DNA of 64,000 bases from Phoronis australis (taxonomy: Eukaryota > Animalia > Phoronida). A model generated the notes under the pieces. It made no database searches and was not told where the DNA came from. It saw only the letters and a list, made by a program, of their open reading frames with translations. Numbering within the stretch: the first letter of the stretch is position 1; every line of letters begins with the position of its first letter. Where the stretch lies: positions 113,844-177,843 of the forward strand of contig NMRA01000533.1 of assembly GCA_002633005.1 (NCBI GenBank), in the 5' to 3' direction. The position numbers were made by a program, and so were the translations under genes. Shown one piece after another: positions 14,380-27,684 of the stretch.

Positions 14380-14800
14380 ATTTTTAGTTTGCTTGGTGGG
14401 CTGTTTTTGGATGCTGCTAAGGCAGGAAATGGCATGGACCTTTTGATTAGAGTACAGGGAAGACATCTGGTAGCACTCGAGGCCAAATGCCATCGTTCTT
14501 GCTGCAAAAGCTTCACGAGACCACTAAAAAAATCTACCTATAGTGAAAGCAGTGAAATTTCCACAGATGTATTTCAAGAGTTTTGTTTTGAATTTGTGGA
14601 GCAACAAATCATAATCTCCCATTGAGAAATATTGCATTTGACTCTGTTACAGTCACTGCTCTAGGAAACTTTGTCCAAAATTGGTTGTAATATGTGTGTC
14701 AAAACTGGAAATCTGAAATCGAAAATACAGAGAATTTGCCCTATTCTACAATCCCTCAGTCTGAGTCATAGTGAACTGTTGTTAAACAAACATTTGTTCC
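14380..14800 (+). mobile_element. Academ-like transposase N-terminal remnant
   Basis: DLLIRVQGRHLVALEAKCHRSCCKSF resembles the DLxAxEAKYHxxC motif of Academ-type proteins. Followed by stops and frameshifts. Confidence 0.5.
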
Positions 14801-15696
14801 TGTGTAAATACTGGACTAAAATGCACTGGAATGTGCAATTGCCAAAACTGAGAATCCCAAAGTGAGTGATGAAATTGAGGCAGGTGAAGAGCAATGGTGT
14901 GAGGGACTTGCATCCCAGCCAGAGAAACTTGGAAAGACATGTTCTCAAGAGACCGAAACCAGGCTATTAACTGGCCCACTGAGCCTCATGATTTGTGAAA
15001 TATTTTCCTATTTTCGTTTTCACGTCTGTAGTAATGGCTTGTTGATTTCTCGGCCTTTTGTACTTCATCCGATTGCATTTGTTGTCATTCTATACTTTTT
15101 GTCTCTATTTTGATAAATTGTATGCTTTGGACTTAAAGCAACGATTGTTTTTGTAAGAGAGATTAGTAAATGTGTGATAACATAAAGGTGAGACGTAGTA
15201 AGTTTGATAAATATAGATTTGGTAACAATAAAAACATCATAAAACACCATGAGTGGTAGTTCCATATTTTGCCAACAGGTGACCTCCATAAATTCATATT
15301 TGTGCCCTAATTCTACATTTTAATTGAAATATACAACAAACTATATGTTTCTTATGACTTAATGCGACCTGTAGGAATACTAATTGCAGTGCAATGCTTT
15401 ATGGACACTTAAGTTTCTTCTTTTCAAGTTTTTTAATTCCGTGTAGAATTCGCTGAATTGGCACAATTTAACATCAAATTTCACAAAGATGTGCAAGTTT
15501 AAACGTGGGAACTTTTTTATTCATAAAATACCACGATTCGTGTCAACGAAAACGGCTGAGTGAGATTGCCCCCCTAAAGGGGTCACAGAAGTGGTTTTCT
15601 AGGACTCTTGTGGCCTACGTACCATGGCCTATTATACACGACGGCGATAATTAGCGGTTTAACCCCATTAATTGAAAAAAACTTCCTATTTTCCAG

Positions 15697-15877
15697 ATTA
15701 CTGGAAGTCGGGATGCGGCAGTAATGGCATGATCAACATTGCTCCGGGTAAAATAACATCCCACCCCTCATTCGACGGAGAAATTCGACACGCCTCTTAC
15801 CTGCAATGCGAGTGGTCGATCCATGCACCCCCTGGGAAGCGGGTGAAGATAGTCTTTGTTTACTTTGACCTAGGAGG
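15697..15877 (+). CDS. CUB module 1, N-terminal half exon (A1, phase 1-2)
   Basis: Acceptor ttttccAG, donor GTAAAT at 15878. Reads SGCGS...PGKITSHPSFDG...LQCEWSIHAPPGKRVKIVFVYFDL, matching the CUB pattern C-G...I-S...C-x-W-x-I-x-AP-x-G-x-x-V-x-I-x-F-x-x-FDL. Confidence 0.9.
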
Positions 15878-15930
15878 GTAAATGCATCTTATACGAACAT
15901 GTTCGGTCTGGACATGGATCCATGGCCATC

Positions 15931-18900
15931 CCCTCACAAAAATGAACTTAAGTTTGCATCGAAAAACTTAAGTTTTTGTCTGAAGAACTTAAGCTTTCAT
16001 TCACGAAAACTTAAGTTTTTGGCGAGAACTTAAGTATTTTGAAACAAGTTTCTTGGAACGAACATAAGTTTTCATTACTTAAGTTTTCAAAATCTTAAGT
16101 TTTGAAAAAAGTTTTTAGTAACAAACATAAGCCATCAAAAGTTAAGTTTTTGAAAACTTAGTTTTCAGATCTTAAGTTTTCAAGGAACAAGCTTTTGAAA
16201 TCTGAAGTTTGCCAAAAGCATTAGGTTTCAATAGGACAGGCATTCAAAAAATTCGACTTTCACTAAAACAATAAAAATTTAATGATTCTCATACAAGATT
16301 TAACAAACTAGAGTTCTATTAACATTTCGTTATCAGTGATTAATTGCAGAAAATAAAATGCATTTCCTAAAATACTCTAGTTTCTTAAAATTAGTGAACG
16401 TAAGTTAAATATAAAAGTCTTAAAACCCAGAAATATTTCGATAAATTAGTTCATCAAGAGTCAGGGATACAATGCAGTGAAAACTAAATGAGGCTAATAA
16501 TATATTCACATTTACATAGTTCTCCGTTTCTGACAATATGCCATAACTGAGGGATCATCATGGAATGTACAAACAGAGATATCGCAACCAAATCATGATG
16601 CATAACCAAAGAAATAGTGATTACATAGCCAGGAAGGACTACAACAAAAGACTGTGTTTCATCAGCACAGACTCTTAAAACTCAAATTACAGCAATAACA
16701 TCAAGAATATCAAATCATTTAACATGCAAAATCCAAGAAAATCTGCAGAGACAAGAGCATAAAATAAAAAGTAACAGGTAACTAAGAGTTTATCTGCAAT
16801 GGTCACATATCTGATTTTGGAAAGTACAATCCTTATCCCAGAAATAGTGGCTAGAATCACCTATCGTGGTTTTCAACCTTAAAAATATGAATTTAAAAGT
16901 CAAAGTTCTGCTTTTGTTGACAATCATATTAACATCAAACCCAAAACACTCTATGGTACAAACAAGTTTCACTAAAAGTAACCCTAAGTACAACCTGGTT
17001 ATACGAGATAAACATTAGAAAACTTAGACCTTTGACCACAACTTTATTCTTTTTCCTTTAATTAAAATCTACCAAACTTCATAGACATTTCTATAGGGGC
17101 TTTCCTACTAACATCCACGCATCAGTGTGTGTGGGAGTTACTGTCAGTATGAAAGCTTAACTTCGGTCCTAGTTAAGTCAATGTGAAAGGACCCTAAGAT
17201 AGACCACAAGCCACTTAATCTTTCTTTAGCTCAATCTGCTTGTTTAACTTCACAGGCAAATAATCCATGTTTTGTGACTACAAACGCGCGTTTCCGAGCT
17301 CAGATAACTGAATTAATAATTTCAAGAGCTGAAGTTCATAAGTGCGTCAATCTGTTGTCTGGGTAGTCTTCCTTATCCAATGATTGTTGAAGACACACTC
17401 TGCAAAAGTCATAAACATAAGACAACTTAAGTTGCTAGATATTTATCGTGCTGTTTATGCAGCACTGATTTGTAAAATTACTGACTTAGCCTAGAAAATA
17501 GTCTTCAATCTCAAAAGTTAACCAATCACTCTCCAGGATTCAAGTGAAAGACTAGTCTGTATGTTTACTCCAAGCATGCACTACAGTGGGTCAGTTTTGA
17601 ATGAAGTTTTAATACTGGATTCATGACATTCAATACAATTTTATTGTACACAATTTGAATACAAAACATGCACATGGTCATCTGCCATGCTATCATAACC
17701 TAGAGCAAACCGTGCATATGACAAATTTAGTGTGTTAATAAAAGTTGGACTTCAGGCTAACCAGGTAACGTGTTATGTAACTTTTTATTTCAAGTTCTAT
17801 GACAAATTAAGTAATATTAGCATGTGATGAAACTGTTGGCAACTGCAATTCCCATTGTTTTATGAACCATTCATTGTTTAATTGTCTAGTCTGATAAGAC
17901 AATGCACAACTGTCCATAATGGACAGAGCTAGTTGTATTCTAACCAGATGTCTCCAACATCAAACTGAAATGTCTCTTTACTAGTGTTACATGAACAAAC
18001 AGGCACAACCGGTGTTAGAGCGGAAAGTCGAATCTCACATGTATACATTCGTTGAAACTGATAGCAAAATCAAGAAGCTTTACATTGACTTGACCAAATG
18101 GTTACAGAAATCTGTGAGCTTGTTAAACCATAAAGGCCCATTGGCTAAACCAAGGACACTTTTCATCTTTTTCAAATTCAAATCCTGATAGCAGCACCAC
18201 TTTTAACTAAACAATGAAACATATGAAGCTTTACCTGCCGTGAGGATGTACACAGCTCCATACCACCCCGGGGTGATTATTCGATGCAAATGTTTGGATG
18301 TCTAGTTCTTCCAAGTACTCCGACAAGGTAATACAGACCTGAAAACAAAGAGATTATGGCAAACAGAGTAGTATGTGATAGCTTCTTAACAATCCAGACA
18401 TAATCCGTTTACAGGGAATGTTATCCATGTAAAGATCAGGGGCGCTTGGGCGGATCCAGGATTTTGTGTTGGGAGGGCTAGGGCAGAGTATTAGGTAGGG
18501 TTATGCGCGTCAGTCATTCACCTGCCAACTGCCAAATGGAATCGTGTAGTTTTAGGGGGGCCAGGGCCATGGCCCCATTACCCGCCCTCTAAACCCACCA
18601 TTGAAGACACTGGTATAGTCTTCACGAGGGGTCTTACATAACCATAATAGTTTACAGCAAAAATAAAATTATTATCTTATGTACAGTAAAAATAAAGATA
18701 AAAATACTATATCATGTACTCCTACCAATTTACTGACTGACATTTGCAAACATATTAAATTGAAGTTCCAGCAAGTTTCTTTAGGGAAAAGAATATGGCC
18801 GTACAGACAAGGGAGATCATACTATCCAGTCCATATTCAACTCAACTAAACTCCTAGGTCAAGCTGCACCCAGATTAACTATTACTTTCACCATTACCCT

Positions 18901-21900
18901 GAAATATTTGATTTCAATAATACCAGTCGAAATTGCTATGGGTGTGAAAATTTTAAGTCTGAATATAGCAAATTTTTGCGACATTCTAATATACTGTATT
19001 CCACAACCAGCTAAAAGTTTGAAAACACGTACTCAATCCCTAAGTCACAGGGCACAGATTTTCCTTATTTGTGTTGAATAATTTGGTTCAACAATTCTAG
19101 ATAGGGTACTAGTAGCTGGGAGCGGGATGTCCTTTCGCATTCAATAATCTAGATCCTCCAGACAGACCTGAGCAAATCAGTCAAAATAGGCAATACAATA
19201 TTTACATTACTGATTCTTACTTTTGAGAACCAAGCACACGCGCGCACAAAGCGGAGACTCGAAAGAGCCCCCCCCCCCCCNCCCCGACTTGACGAAGTGG
19301 GCATGACAAGGACAGCGTCATATAAGAACAAACTGAGAAAACGAGACAACAGTCATCTAAAAGGCTCTTATTTGGGAATGCACAGTGCACAACTCTGAAC
19401 ATACCCCGGTTTTTAGGAAAAGGTTCACTTACCCAAAAATTTATGTACTCCTCATATTTTAGGCTGTATGCGCAGATGAGGCAAGTAAAACTTAAAAACT
19501 ATTTACCTGTATTGATATGAGATTTCGGTAATTTTCTACAATCTGACTCCATTGACTTACACACTTGATATTAATATTTTCTGAATCCTCTCGCCATGGT
19601 CATTATGGTAATTCCAAAAATGTATTGCTCGTACCGATTAGGCTCTTATTATTCATGCATTCACTGTTTTTACGAGGTTTTAATTTGCGGCAGCCGATCT
19701 CAAGTGACCGCCATTATAAACTGCGACACCTCTCAGCAGGAATGATAACTACAACGATCACGCGTGTGCCCTTAAAAAATGAACTTAAGTTTTCATCGAA
19801 AAACTTAAGTTTTTGGCCTGAATATCTTAAGTATATTAGAACAAGTTTTTGGAAAAAACTTTAAATTTCATCACTTAAGTTTTCAAATCTTAAGTTTTTC
19901 AAAAACTTAAGTTCCGAAAACTTGAGTTTTTCAAAAATTTAAGTATTATTGAACAAGTTTTAGTGATAATCTTAAGTTATCAAAACTTAAGTTTTTAAGG
20001 AACTAGAAGTATTGGAAACTCACGCAATGAGTTTCAATAATTCGGGCATTCAGGAGATTTGATTTTCACAAAATTAAACAAGAGTAGAGCACAGTGGCAA
20101 GTTTAATGATGTCCATACATCATTTAACAATAACAGAGTTCTATTCACATTCCATTAACAATGATTAATTCCAAAAAATGAAATGCACTTCCTCAAAAAA
20201 CATTAATTCATTAGAATAAGTGATCTTGCGTGAAATACAATAAGCTCAAATCCAGAAACATTTCAAAAATCAGTTTATCAAGGATCATACTGTGAATACA
20301 ATGCATTGAAACTAAGTCAGGCTTACGATATATTCATACATGCATCGTTCTCAGAAATGAGGAATAAAAAGGGAATGTACATACAAAGAAATCACTACCA
20401 AATCATTATGCACAGCCAAATAAAAAGGGATTACATAGCCAGGATGGATTACTACAGAAGCCTATGCTTTATCAGATGATTTTTTTCTATGAAAATTATA
20501 GCAACGACACCAGGAATAACAAATCTCTTAACATGCAAATCCACGAATATCCTCAGAAACAAGAGCATAAAAAAGTAACAAGTAACTGAATGTTTATCAG
20601 CAATGGCTACATATGTGATTTCGAGAAGTATAACGTTCGCACAACCAGGGTGGCTCAGGGAGCTCAAAGTGGGCAAAAAGGTCCGCATCCGAGAGACAAA
20701 GTCTGAGAAAATGAGGAAATGGGACAAAAGACCACTGAATGACCCAAACGCACAATTCACTCCCGTTTTTTTTTTCTTTTTTTTGGTCCGCAGGCTATTT
20801 TGTTAGGAAAAGGTCCATCACAACGGGAATTCGAGCCCCCCCCCCAACTGAATGCTTGGTGAACGCATGTATAATCATTATGCTAGAAATACTGCATACA
20901 ATCAGCTATCATGGTTTTCAACCGTTCAAATTATCAATTTAAAAGTCAAAGTTAATTTTGTCGACAATCATATTACTAGTAAATCCAATACACTTTATGG
21001 TGGTCACAATCTTCACGAAAAGTAACCCTTAGTATAACCTGGTTACACGAGGTGAAATTTAGAAAACTTAGACATTCCTTAATTTAAAGTTACTGTACCT
21101 CATACATATCTATGCTACACCACAAGCCACTTAATCATATTTAGATGTATCTGCTCGTATAGCTTCATATGCAAATTATTCATGTTTCTTGACTACAAAC
21201 GGGCGTTTCTGAGATCAGGTAACTGAATTCATGAGCTACTGTACAGTTCATAAAGACGTACATTCTGTTGTCTGGGTACATGTCCTTATCAAGCGGTTGT
21301 TAAAGCCAAACTCTGCATTAAAGACACCAAGTTTAATAAAGAGACGAGTAAAAGGTACCTAAGTTAACTTGCTGGATATTTTTATTGCGCTGTTTAAATA
21401 TCATCGATTTGTAAAAATCGCATGCATGCACTTACTGACTTATATACGGAGCTTAGAAAATAGTTACGACTACTATAAAAATCTCTTGATCTATTTACAC
21501 TGTCACGACGTTTAGGTCGGTCTATTCTCTGGCCATCGCCAGCTGTTCCCGCGTTCTTAGAAGTACACTCATGGTGTGATTTTTTGTCCTAGACACCAGG
21601 AACACACATCGATGGGTGGAGAATAGACCGACCGAAACGTTATGACAGTGTAAATAGACAGGAGGTCGGTGTAAATAGACCAAGGGATTTTAATAATAAT
21701 TGTAACACGCCACCAACTCAGAGCAGTTTTAGAAAGTCACTAGAAAATTGTCTTCAAACTCAAAATTCAAATAATCACCAGCAGGATTCAGGTATAAATG
21801 TGCAAGTTTAATCCAAGCATGCACTGCAGTTTGTCACTTTTCAGTTTTTTAATGGAGTTTTAAACATGGATTCACTATTAAGACATCCAAAACAACTTTA

Positions 21901-24900
21901 ATCTACACAGTATGATTACAAAATATGCATATGGTAACCTACCACGCAATGGTAATCTAAAGCAAACCATGCACATAACAAAATTAATGTGCTAATATAA
22001 GATGGACTTCAGTCTAACCATGTAACATACTCGTTATTTTGTAACTTTAGTTAAAGTTCTATGACAAACTAAACCAAAGGAATAGAGTGATCAGATGAAG
22101 AAACATTTGGCAGCTGAGATAAACTACAATTCCCATGTGTTTTATGAATTGTCTTTGTTTACGTGGTTAGTCAGATATAAAGGCAATGCACAACTCTACA
22201 AAATGCGCAGCGCTAGTCGTATTTCTAACAAGCAGTCTCGAACATGTTATCTCACTAATGTTACATGGACATTCCACAGGCGTAACCGGGGTTAGAACTA
22301 TAAGTTAAATCTCACATGTATACTTTCGCCACGTGGGTCTAGACATCTCAATACCACCACTGTGGTGATTGTTTCGATGCGTGTGTTTGGATGTCTAGTT
22401 TTTCCAAGTACTTCACCAAGTTAAGAGACCTGACACCATAGAGGAGATATTGGCAAACATAACAGTATAAATATAGCTTCATAATAATCCAGGCATAACC
22501 CATTTACAAGCAATGTTATCCATATAAAGATCAGGGACGGATACAGGATTTGAGTTGGGGGAGCAGGGAAAGTATTAACAAGGATTTTGCCCGTCACACA
22601 GTTATACCCCCAATTGCCAAATGGAATCTGGGAAATTTTTAAGGGGAGGGTTCATGACCCCCTTGGCCCTCCTCTAAATCTGCCACTGAAGATACTTGCA
22701 TGGTAATAATAGGTTACAGTAAAAATTATCTTCTGTCAGTGCAGTAAAAATAAAAATAATATGCCTGTACTGGCTGACATTTGCAAAGATAAATTGAGGT
22801 TCAAAGCAAGTTTCACTAGGGAAAGGGAACATGCCCTCTTGACAAGCGGAGGTCATTCCAGTCAGTCCATATTCAACTTAACGCACACCTAGGTCAAGTT
22901 GCAGCCAGATTAGCTATAACTTTCGTCACAACACTGTAGCATTTGGTTTTAATAAAACCAGTCGAACTTTTGTTGAAGCTGAAATTTCCAAGTCTGAATA
23001 TTGCTAACTTTTGCGCCATTCTAGTATTCCACAGCCCGGTAAAAGTTCGAAGTCATGTACTCAAGCACCGCAATCAGATCAGACAGATTTTCCTAATTTG
23101 CGCTGAATAGTTCAATTCAATTAGATCGGAGTTATGCAACGTTTTACTGTGCGTAACAATAGTTAACCTGTTGACTTGTGAGAGTTAACTTGACATTTGT
23201 GACATATTTCGGGGGTATTCCATTTACTAGGAGCGGGATGTCCTTTCGTATTCAACAATTTAGATTCTCCTTACAAACTTGAGCAATTGGTCAAAATAGG
23301 CAGCCAAAACCAAATGACAAAAATTATCCAGATCAAATCAATAGTTACATTGCCATATTGGTGATTCCTAATTTTGAGAACCAGCAAGTGAAACTTGCAA
23401 ATTGTTGACAGCGATTTCGAAATCAGGACCTACTTTGATTTACTATGAACACATACATAAAAAGACCCCAAAATTGGCTACTATATTGAAGATACTGCGT
23501 GACATATAAGTGAAACTCTGAGGAAAAACAGTAATAGTCTTCGTTGGAAAAAACACGAGAGCGCGTGTTTTCGCAGACAAATATCGTCCTCGAAACGCTT
23601 GATATCTCGTGAACATGATTTCGTCTTGTGTTATGGTGGACATGTGTCGTTTTAGAGACAAAAAACTATTTCAAACAGGTGGAATTATGCAATAAGATAA
23701 CTAAGATCACTGGTAGGCTAAAGTATGCGAACAGAAACACGTTCTGCGTCGAACTAACGTCAGTCTAGGTTAATCGTTAGTTATCAATCCAGCCGAGAGG
23801 TGTCGCAATTTTAAAAATGGCTGCCTCACTAAATCCGCGATGCAAATGAACGCCTTGGAAAAACTCAGAAATTTGAATAAGAAGCGACCAATCAGTACAA
23901 GTAATACATTGTTGGAATCACCGTGACTAGAGGATTCTGAAAATGGTTGTCTCAAGTATTTACGTTTATAGAGTCGGATTGTAAACAATAACCGAGATGG
24001 TTTTCAAAATTAGGAGCTACCTAGAATTACTACGGACATAGTCAAAAGCACACACAACCAATGGCAATATTCCCAACTTGCGAAATGATTACACGTTGCT
24101 TTGGTAGTCTCCCCTCTTCCATTGATGGTTATTTACACAACCTCAGAAGACAAAAATATGACATAGTAACAGCCTTAGTGAACTTTATGACTTCCTCATG
24201 AACCTCCAGCAGTGTATTAAGCGTTAGAATAACATTACATAATTCACACACAGATTACGGTCCATGTCGGTACGTGACAGCACAACTGAACTTACAGTGA
24301 ATAACAGTAACACGTTCGTTGGATATCAATCACAGCACCGCTTGTGGCCAATCATTTTCAAAACGCTCTCTGTCACTAACCTAACTTCCGAAACTTCTGA
24401 ACTGGCTTCTTGCAAGCTCTGCACGTACTTATATAAACTTCACTGTCGATGTCTGGCCGACACGTCCTATTCTTCGAAGCTGTCCGTTATAAAATAGAAA
24501 CAGTTGACTTCCTGTGGAAACTGTCCTACGGATAGCCTACAACTCAACATAAAGGAAACTTGCACAGTAACTGCGTTTTTCAACTAAGAATTGCATAAGT
24601 TCTGTTGGATACATTGTACTGATCAGGTAAGTGTCTCACGGTATGAACATTGCAGTGCACTCATACTGCTGTTGGTCACCGGATGCTCGCCTACATTAAA
24701 ATTCACAAAGACCTGTGATAAAGATTACTTATTTGCACTAATTCTCTTCCGACCAGGTTAAACGGTCGTTGTTTTATCGTTTGTATTTACCTAAATGTTA
24801 AAGAAACATTCGACAACATTTTTATACGATGATGGGTTTTGCATGAACGGAAATTTTTTGTTGGAAAATAATGGGAAAATTTCGAACAAAAAATCAATTA

Positions 24901-25200
24901 TCTCACAATATTCAGATTTCAAAAATTTGAAAAAGTAAATTTTCATCACAAAGACATCTTAGAGTGTTTAGAAAAGTTAAGTTTTCAACACATGAAAAAC
25001 TCCGGTTTTCTGAAAAACAAAAGAAGTCATGAAAACTTAAGTTTCTGTTACTGCGAAAACTTAAATTTTGTGATCAACTTAAGTTATCAGAAAAACTTAA
25101 GTTTTGTTAGCACAAAAAACTTAAGTTTTCATGAAAACTTAAGTATTTTCGCTAAAAACTTAAGTTTTCAGCGAAAAACTTAAGTTCATTTTTGTAACTG
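15931..25200. mobile_element. CACTA/EnSpm-like non-autonomous composite DNA transposon, 9.27 kb
   Basis: TIRs ccctcACAAAAATGAACTTAAGTTT / AAACTTAAGTTCATTTTTGTaactg and 2-bp TSD TC (15929-30, 25201-02). The empty site ggcc(a/t)-TC-atgatat is seen in the module 2 and 3 introns. Subterminal AAACTTAAGTTT arrays at 15945-16200, 19780-20000 and 24975-25190. Confidence 0.8.
21463..21706. mobile_element. Foldback/MITE-like insertion with long inverted arms
   Basis: tctatttacactgtcacgacgtttaggtcggtctattctc pairs with gagaatagaccgaccgaaacgttatgacagtgtaaataga; outer ends gttac/gtaac. Absent from the paralogous site near 17495. Confidence 0.75.
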
Positions 25201-25338
25201 TCATGATATTGAAGAAAGGCGTAGGACATTCGTATGTGTAATTGCAACGTTTACCGTTGTTTATTGTATAGCTGTTTATACAGCAATGGAGTTCTTTTCA
25301 AGTGCTCAAGATGCACTGCAGAACCTGAAGTTGGCTAT

Positions 25339-27684
25339 GGACCTAATTCACGACTACAGGAGGCGCGTTCCAAAACGTGGCTCGCTACGATAGTTCTGTA
25401 GACTTATGACACAACTGGTTGTATTCCGCGTTGCTCGAACGGCTAGAAAAATACGGAGATTTAACTTTCTATTTTACAATTTCTAAGGACGTTGAGATTC
25501 GGAAGCGTTGGGTCGTTGCCATGCGCCACGACGAAGAAAAATATGTCCGTGTAAAATTTATAATTGATTTCGAAAACTTATATCATATTTCGGTTGTCGC
25601 ATGTCGGTTGCCGCCAGGGCATATCATACGAAAGACCGGAGAACGACCACCCAGGCCGGTTTTCACGACTACCGGTTGAAAATTAATGCACTTTTCTTTC
25701 CAAAATGGACAGGGCCCTCAATCCCTGGATTTTGGGGCCGATTATCGTCCCTATTCCCCGGTCAAAAACATTGAAAAATCACGCGAAATTCGTCCCCCCA
25801 CGTGTCCTAGTAATTGCCCAAGTGAGTAAAAACTTCTCTCCCGCGAAGTTCAATCACCTGTAATCTGTTTCTGTGGTGACGTCAGAGGGTAGACACCGGA
25901 ATAGTCTCTGGCACTCCTCCTTCCAGTATCACACGCAATGAAAATTTGGAGATGCAACCAAATTCGTGCTGGTTACACATTCTTCGATCTTTTTCCCTGA
26001 TACGAGTTTTTGCTGCATCTCTGTACCGCAAACCTCGCTCTATGAGGCGCTTTGTTGCCCATCTCTCCCGCTGTTGTACAATCTTGGCATCTTTAAACGA
26101 TTCACGCACTCTGGAGATTACATCTGCTGGTGTGAGGAGCAGGTCGGCAATCGATTCTGCGATGCCTGCAAGCTCATCCGCCTTTACGTTGAAAGAGATG
26201 ACACAGTGTCCTGGTATACAAACACTGTTGAAGAGACCATTAATAGAGCTGAGCAGAGGGATCCAGGATTCTTTAACATTGCTAGTTTTTGGCCTGCTAA
26301 TGAGGCTGAGGGAGTCTGTAAGTAGAATAATCTGTCTGCAGGAGTTGTGTCCTGTGAGAGCCAGACTAGGGCGTCTTCATATGCTTCACATTCAGCTCGG
26401 TAATCACACTGGTGACAAGTTGAAAGCAACTCAAGACAGAGCATATGAGAAATTTTAACCGATAGGGGGGGGGCTAGTGGTGATCGGGAGGTAGATTTTT
26501 CCCCTCACGGCGCGAAAAAATTCTCTCAGAAGATACAGGCACCTTTCCTCCGGCTCCTTCCAGATGAACTAGGCTCCTAAGGAAACATGATAACTATGCT
26601 TGCTCCGCCCAATCACTGAGATTGAGCTCTAAAAACTAGGTTATGCTTTGGATGAACAAATTATGTGTTTTAATTTTAAAATCCAACTTGATCCAGATTG
26701 ATATTTGAAACCTAAACACCTGAATTAGACTAGGGGGAGACGTTAGATTTATCAAAATCAAGACAGCAGAACTGAGGGTCAAATAACGAGCCTTGTTTTT
26801 TTTTATTTTAATAAAAATATATTTAATAACATCAAAGTTATTTTTTCAGATCAATGACAAATCCAAACTGTTAGTCCTGGTATTCCCTACCCCACCAGGA
26901 CCTAGCTAGGCCTTGCTTCATGTTAATATTCTTGATCAAACCAATAACCAGTGGGGGATCTAGCATAACATAATGTTGCCTCAGGGAATTGGGCAAAGCA
27001 CGATTTTACGCACGGGCGGCCCGAAAATTGCGGGACCTAGGACGTGCACTTCCCGTCCTCAAAATGTACTCGGGGGACTAAAAAAAGAACGGGATCACGA
27101 TTCCTTGCGATCTGACGACTGAGACCCCCCCCCCCATCCGCTGCTGCTCCTAATTCGAACTTTCTGATCTTAATATTTCCTCAAACTTCGCATTGTTGTT
27201 GCTCTTTCATTTTCCTTGCGGCAGCCAAGGAGGGGCCCTGCCCCCCCAAATCCGCCTATGGTGACTAATTGCACATGGCAGCAAGATGCGATGAGCCACC
27301 ACTGTCGAATATATCTTTAACTAGTCAACAATACGAGCAGATGACCTGGTTCGTGCAGAAAGCGTTATCAACAATTTACAAGAAGAAATTTCACCCAGCA
27401 TTCACCATAATACCTAATCAGTAACACTACGAACGCAGCAATTTGGTCGTATTTGCCTGATATATTTCGAAACTGGCTTTCCGAAAAATGTATTTCCTTT
27501 CGTCAGACAACTCTTTGGTGCATTGACTACGTCTCTGTGGTTAATTGTCGACACATTTTTAAGATTTAATATCCAGGTTGGACTCGAAAGACCAGACATT
27601 TAACTTACGCAATGTCAACTTCCGCTTTGTTTATCGCAGTGAGCCTCGCCTAGGATTTTAATGTCCACCGCGTGAATTAGGTCT
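25339..27684 (+). mobile_element. ISL2EU-like (PIF/Harbinger group) degenerate DNA transposon with THAP remnant
   Basis: TIRs gGACCTAATTCACG / CGTGAATTAGGTCt, flanked by AT...AT. THAP-like CIPRCSN...LTF...KDVEIRKRWVVAMRHDE at about 25420-25545. Absent from the module 2 and 3 introns. Confidence 0.7.

Noticed and set aside
24975-25190. Repeat-spacer-like AAACTTAAGTTT array (also 15945-16200 and 19780-20000) as a CRISPR-like array
   Set aside because: Repeats are only about 12 bp with very short irregular spacers, there are no cas genes, the context is eukaryotic, and they are explained as transposon subterminal repeats.
25882-26458. Overlapping 75-170 aa ORFs on both strands; possible gag-like remnant on the minus strand
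   Set aside because: No motif I can recognise with confidence; fragmented and located inside a degenerate transposon.
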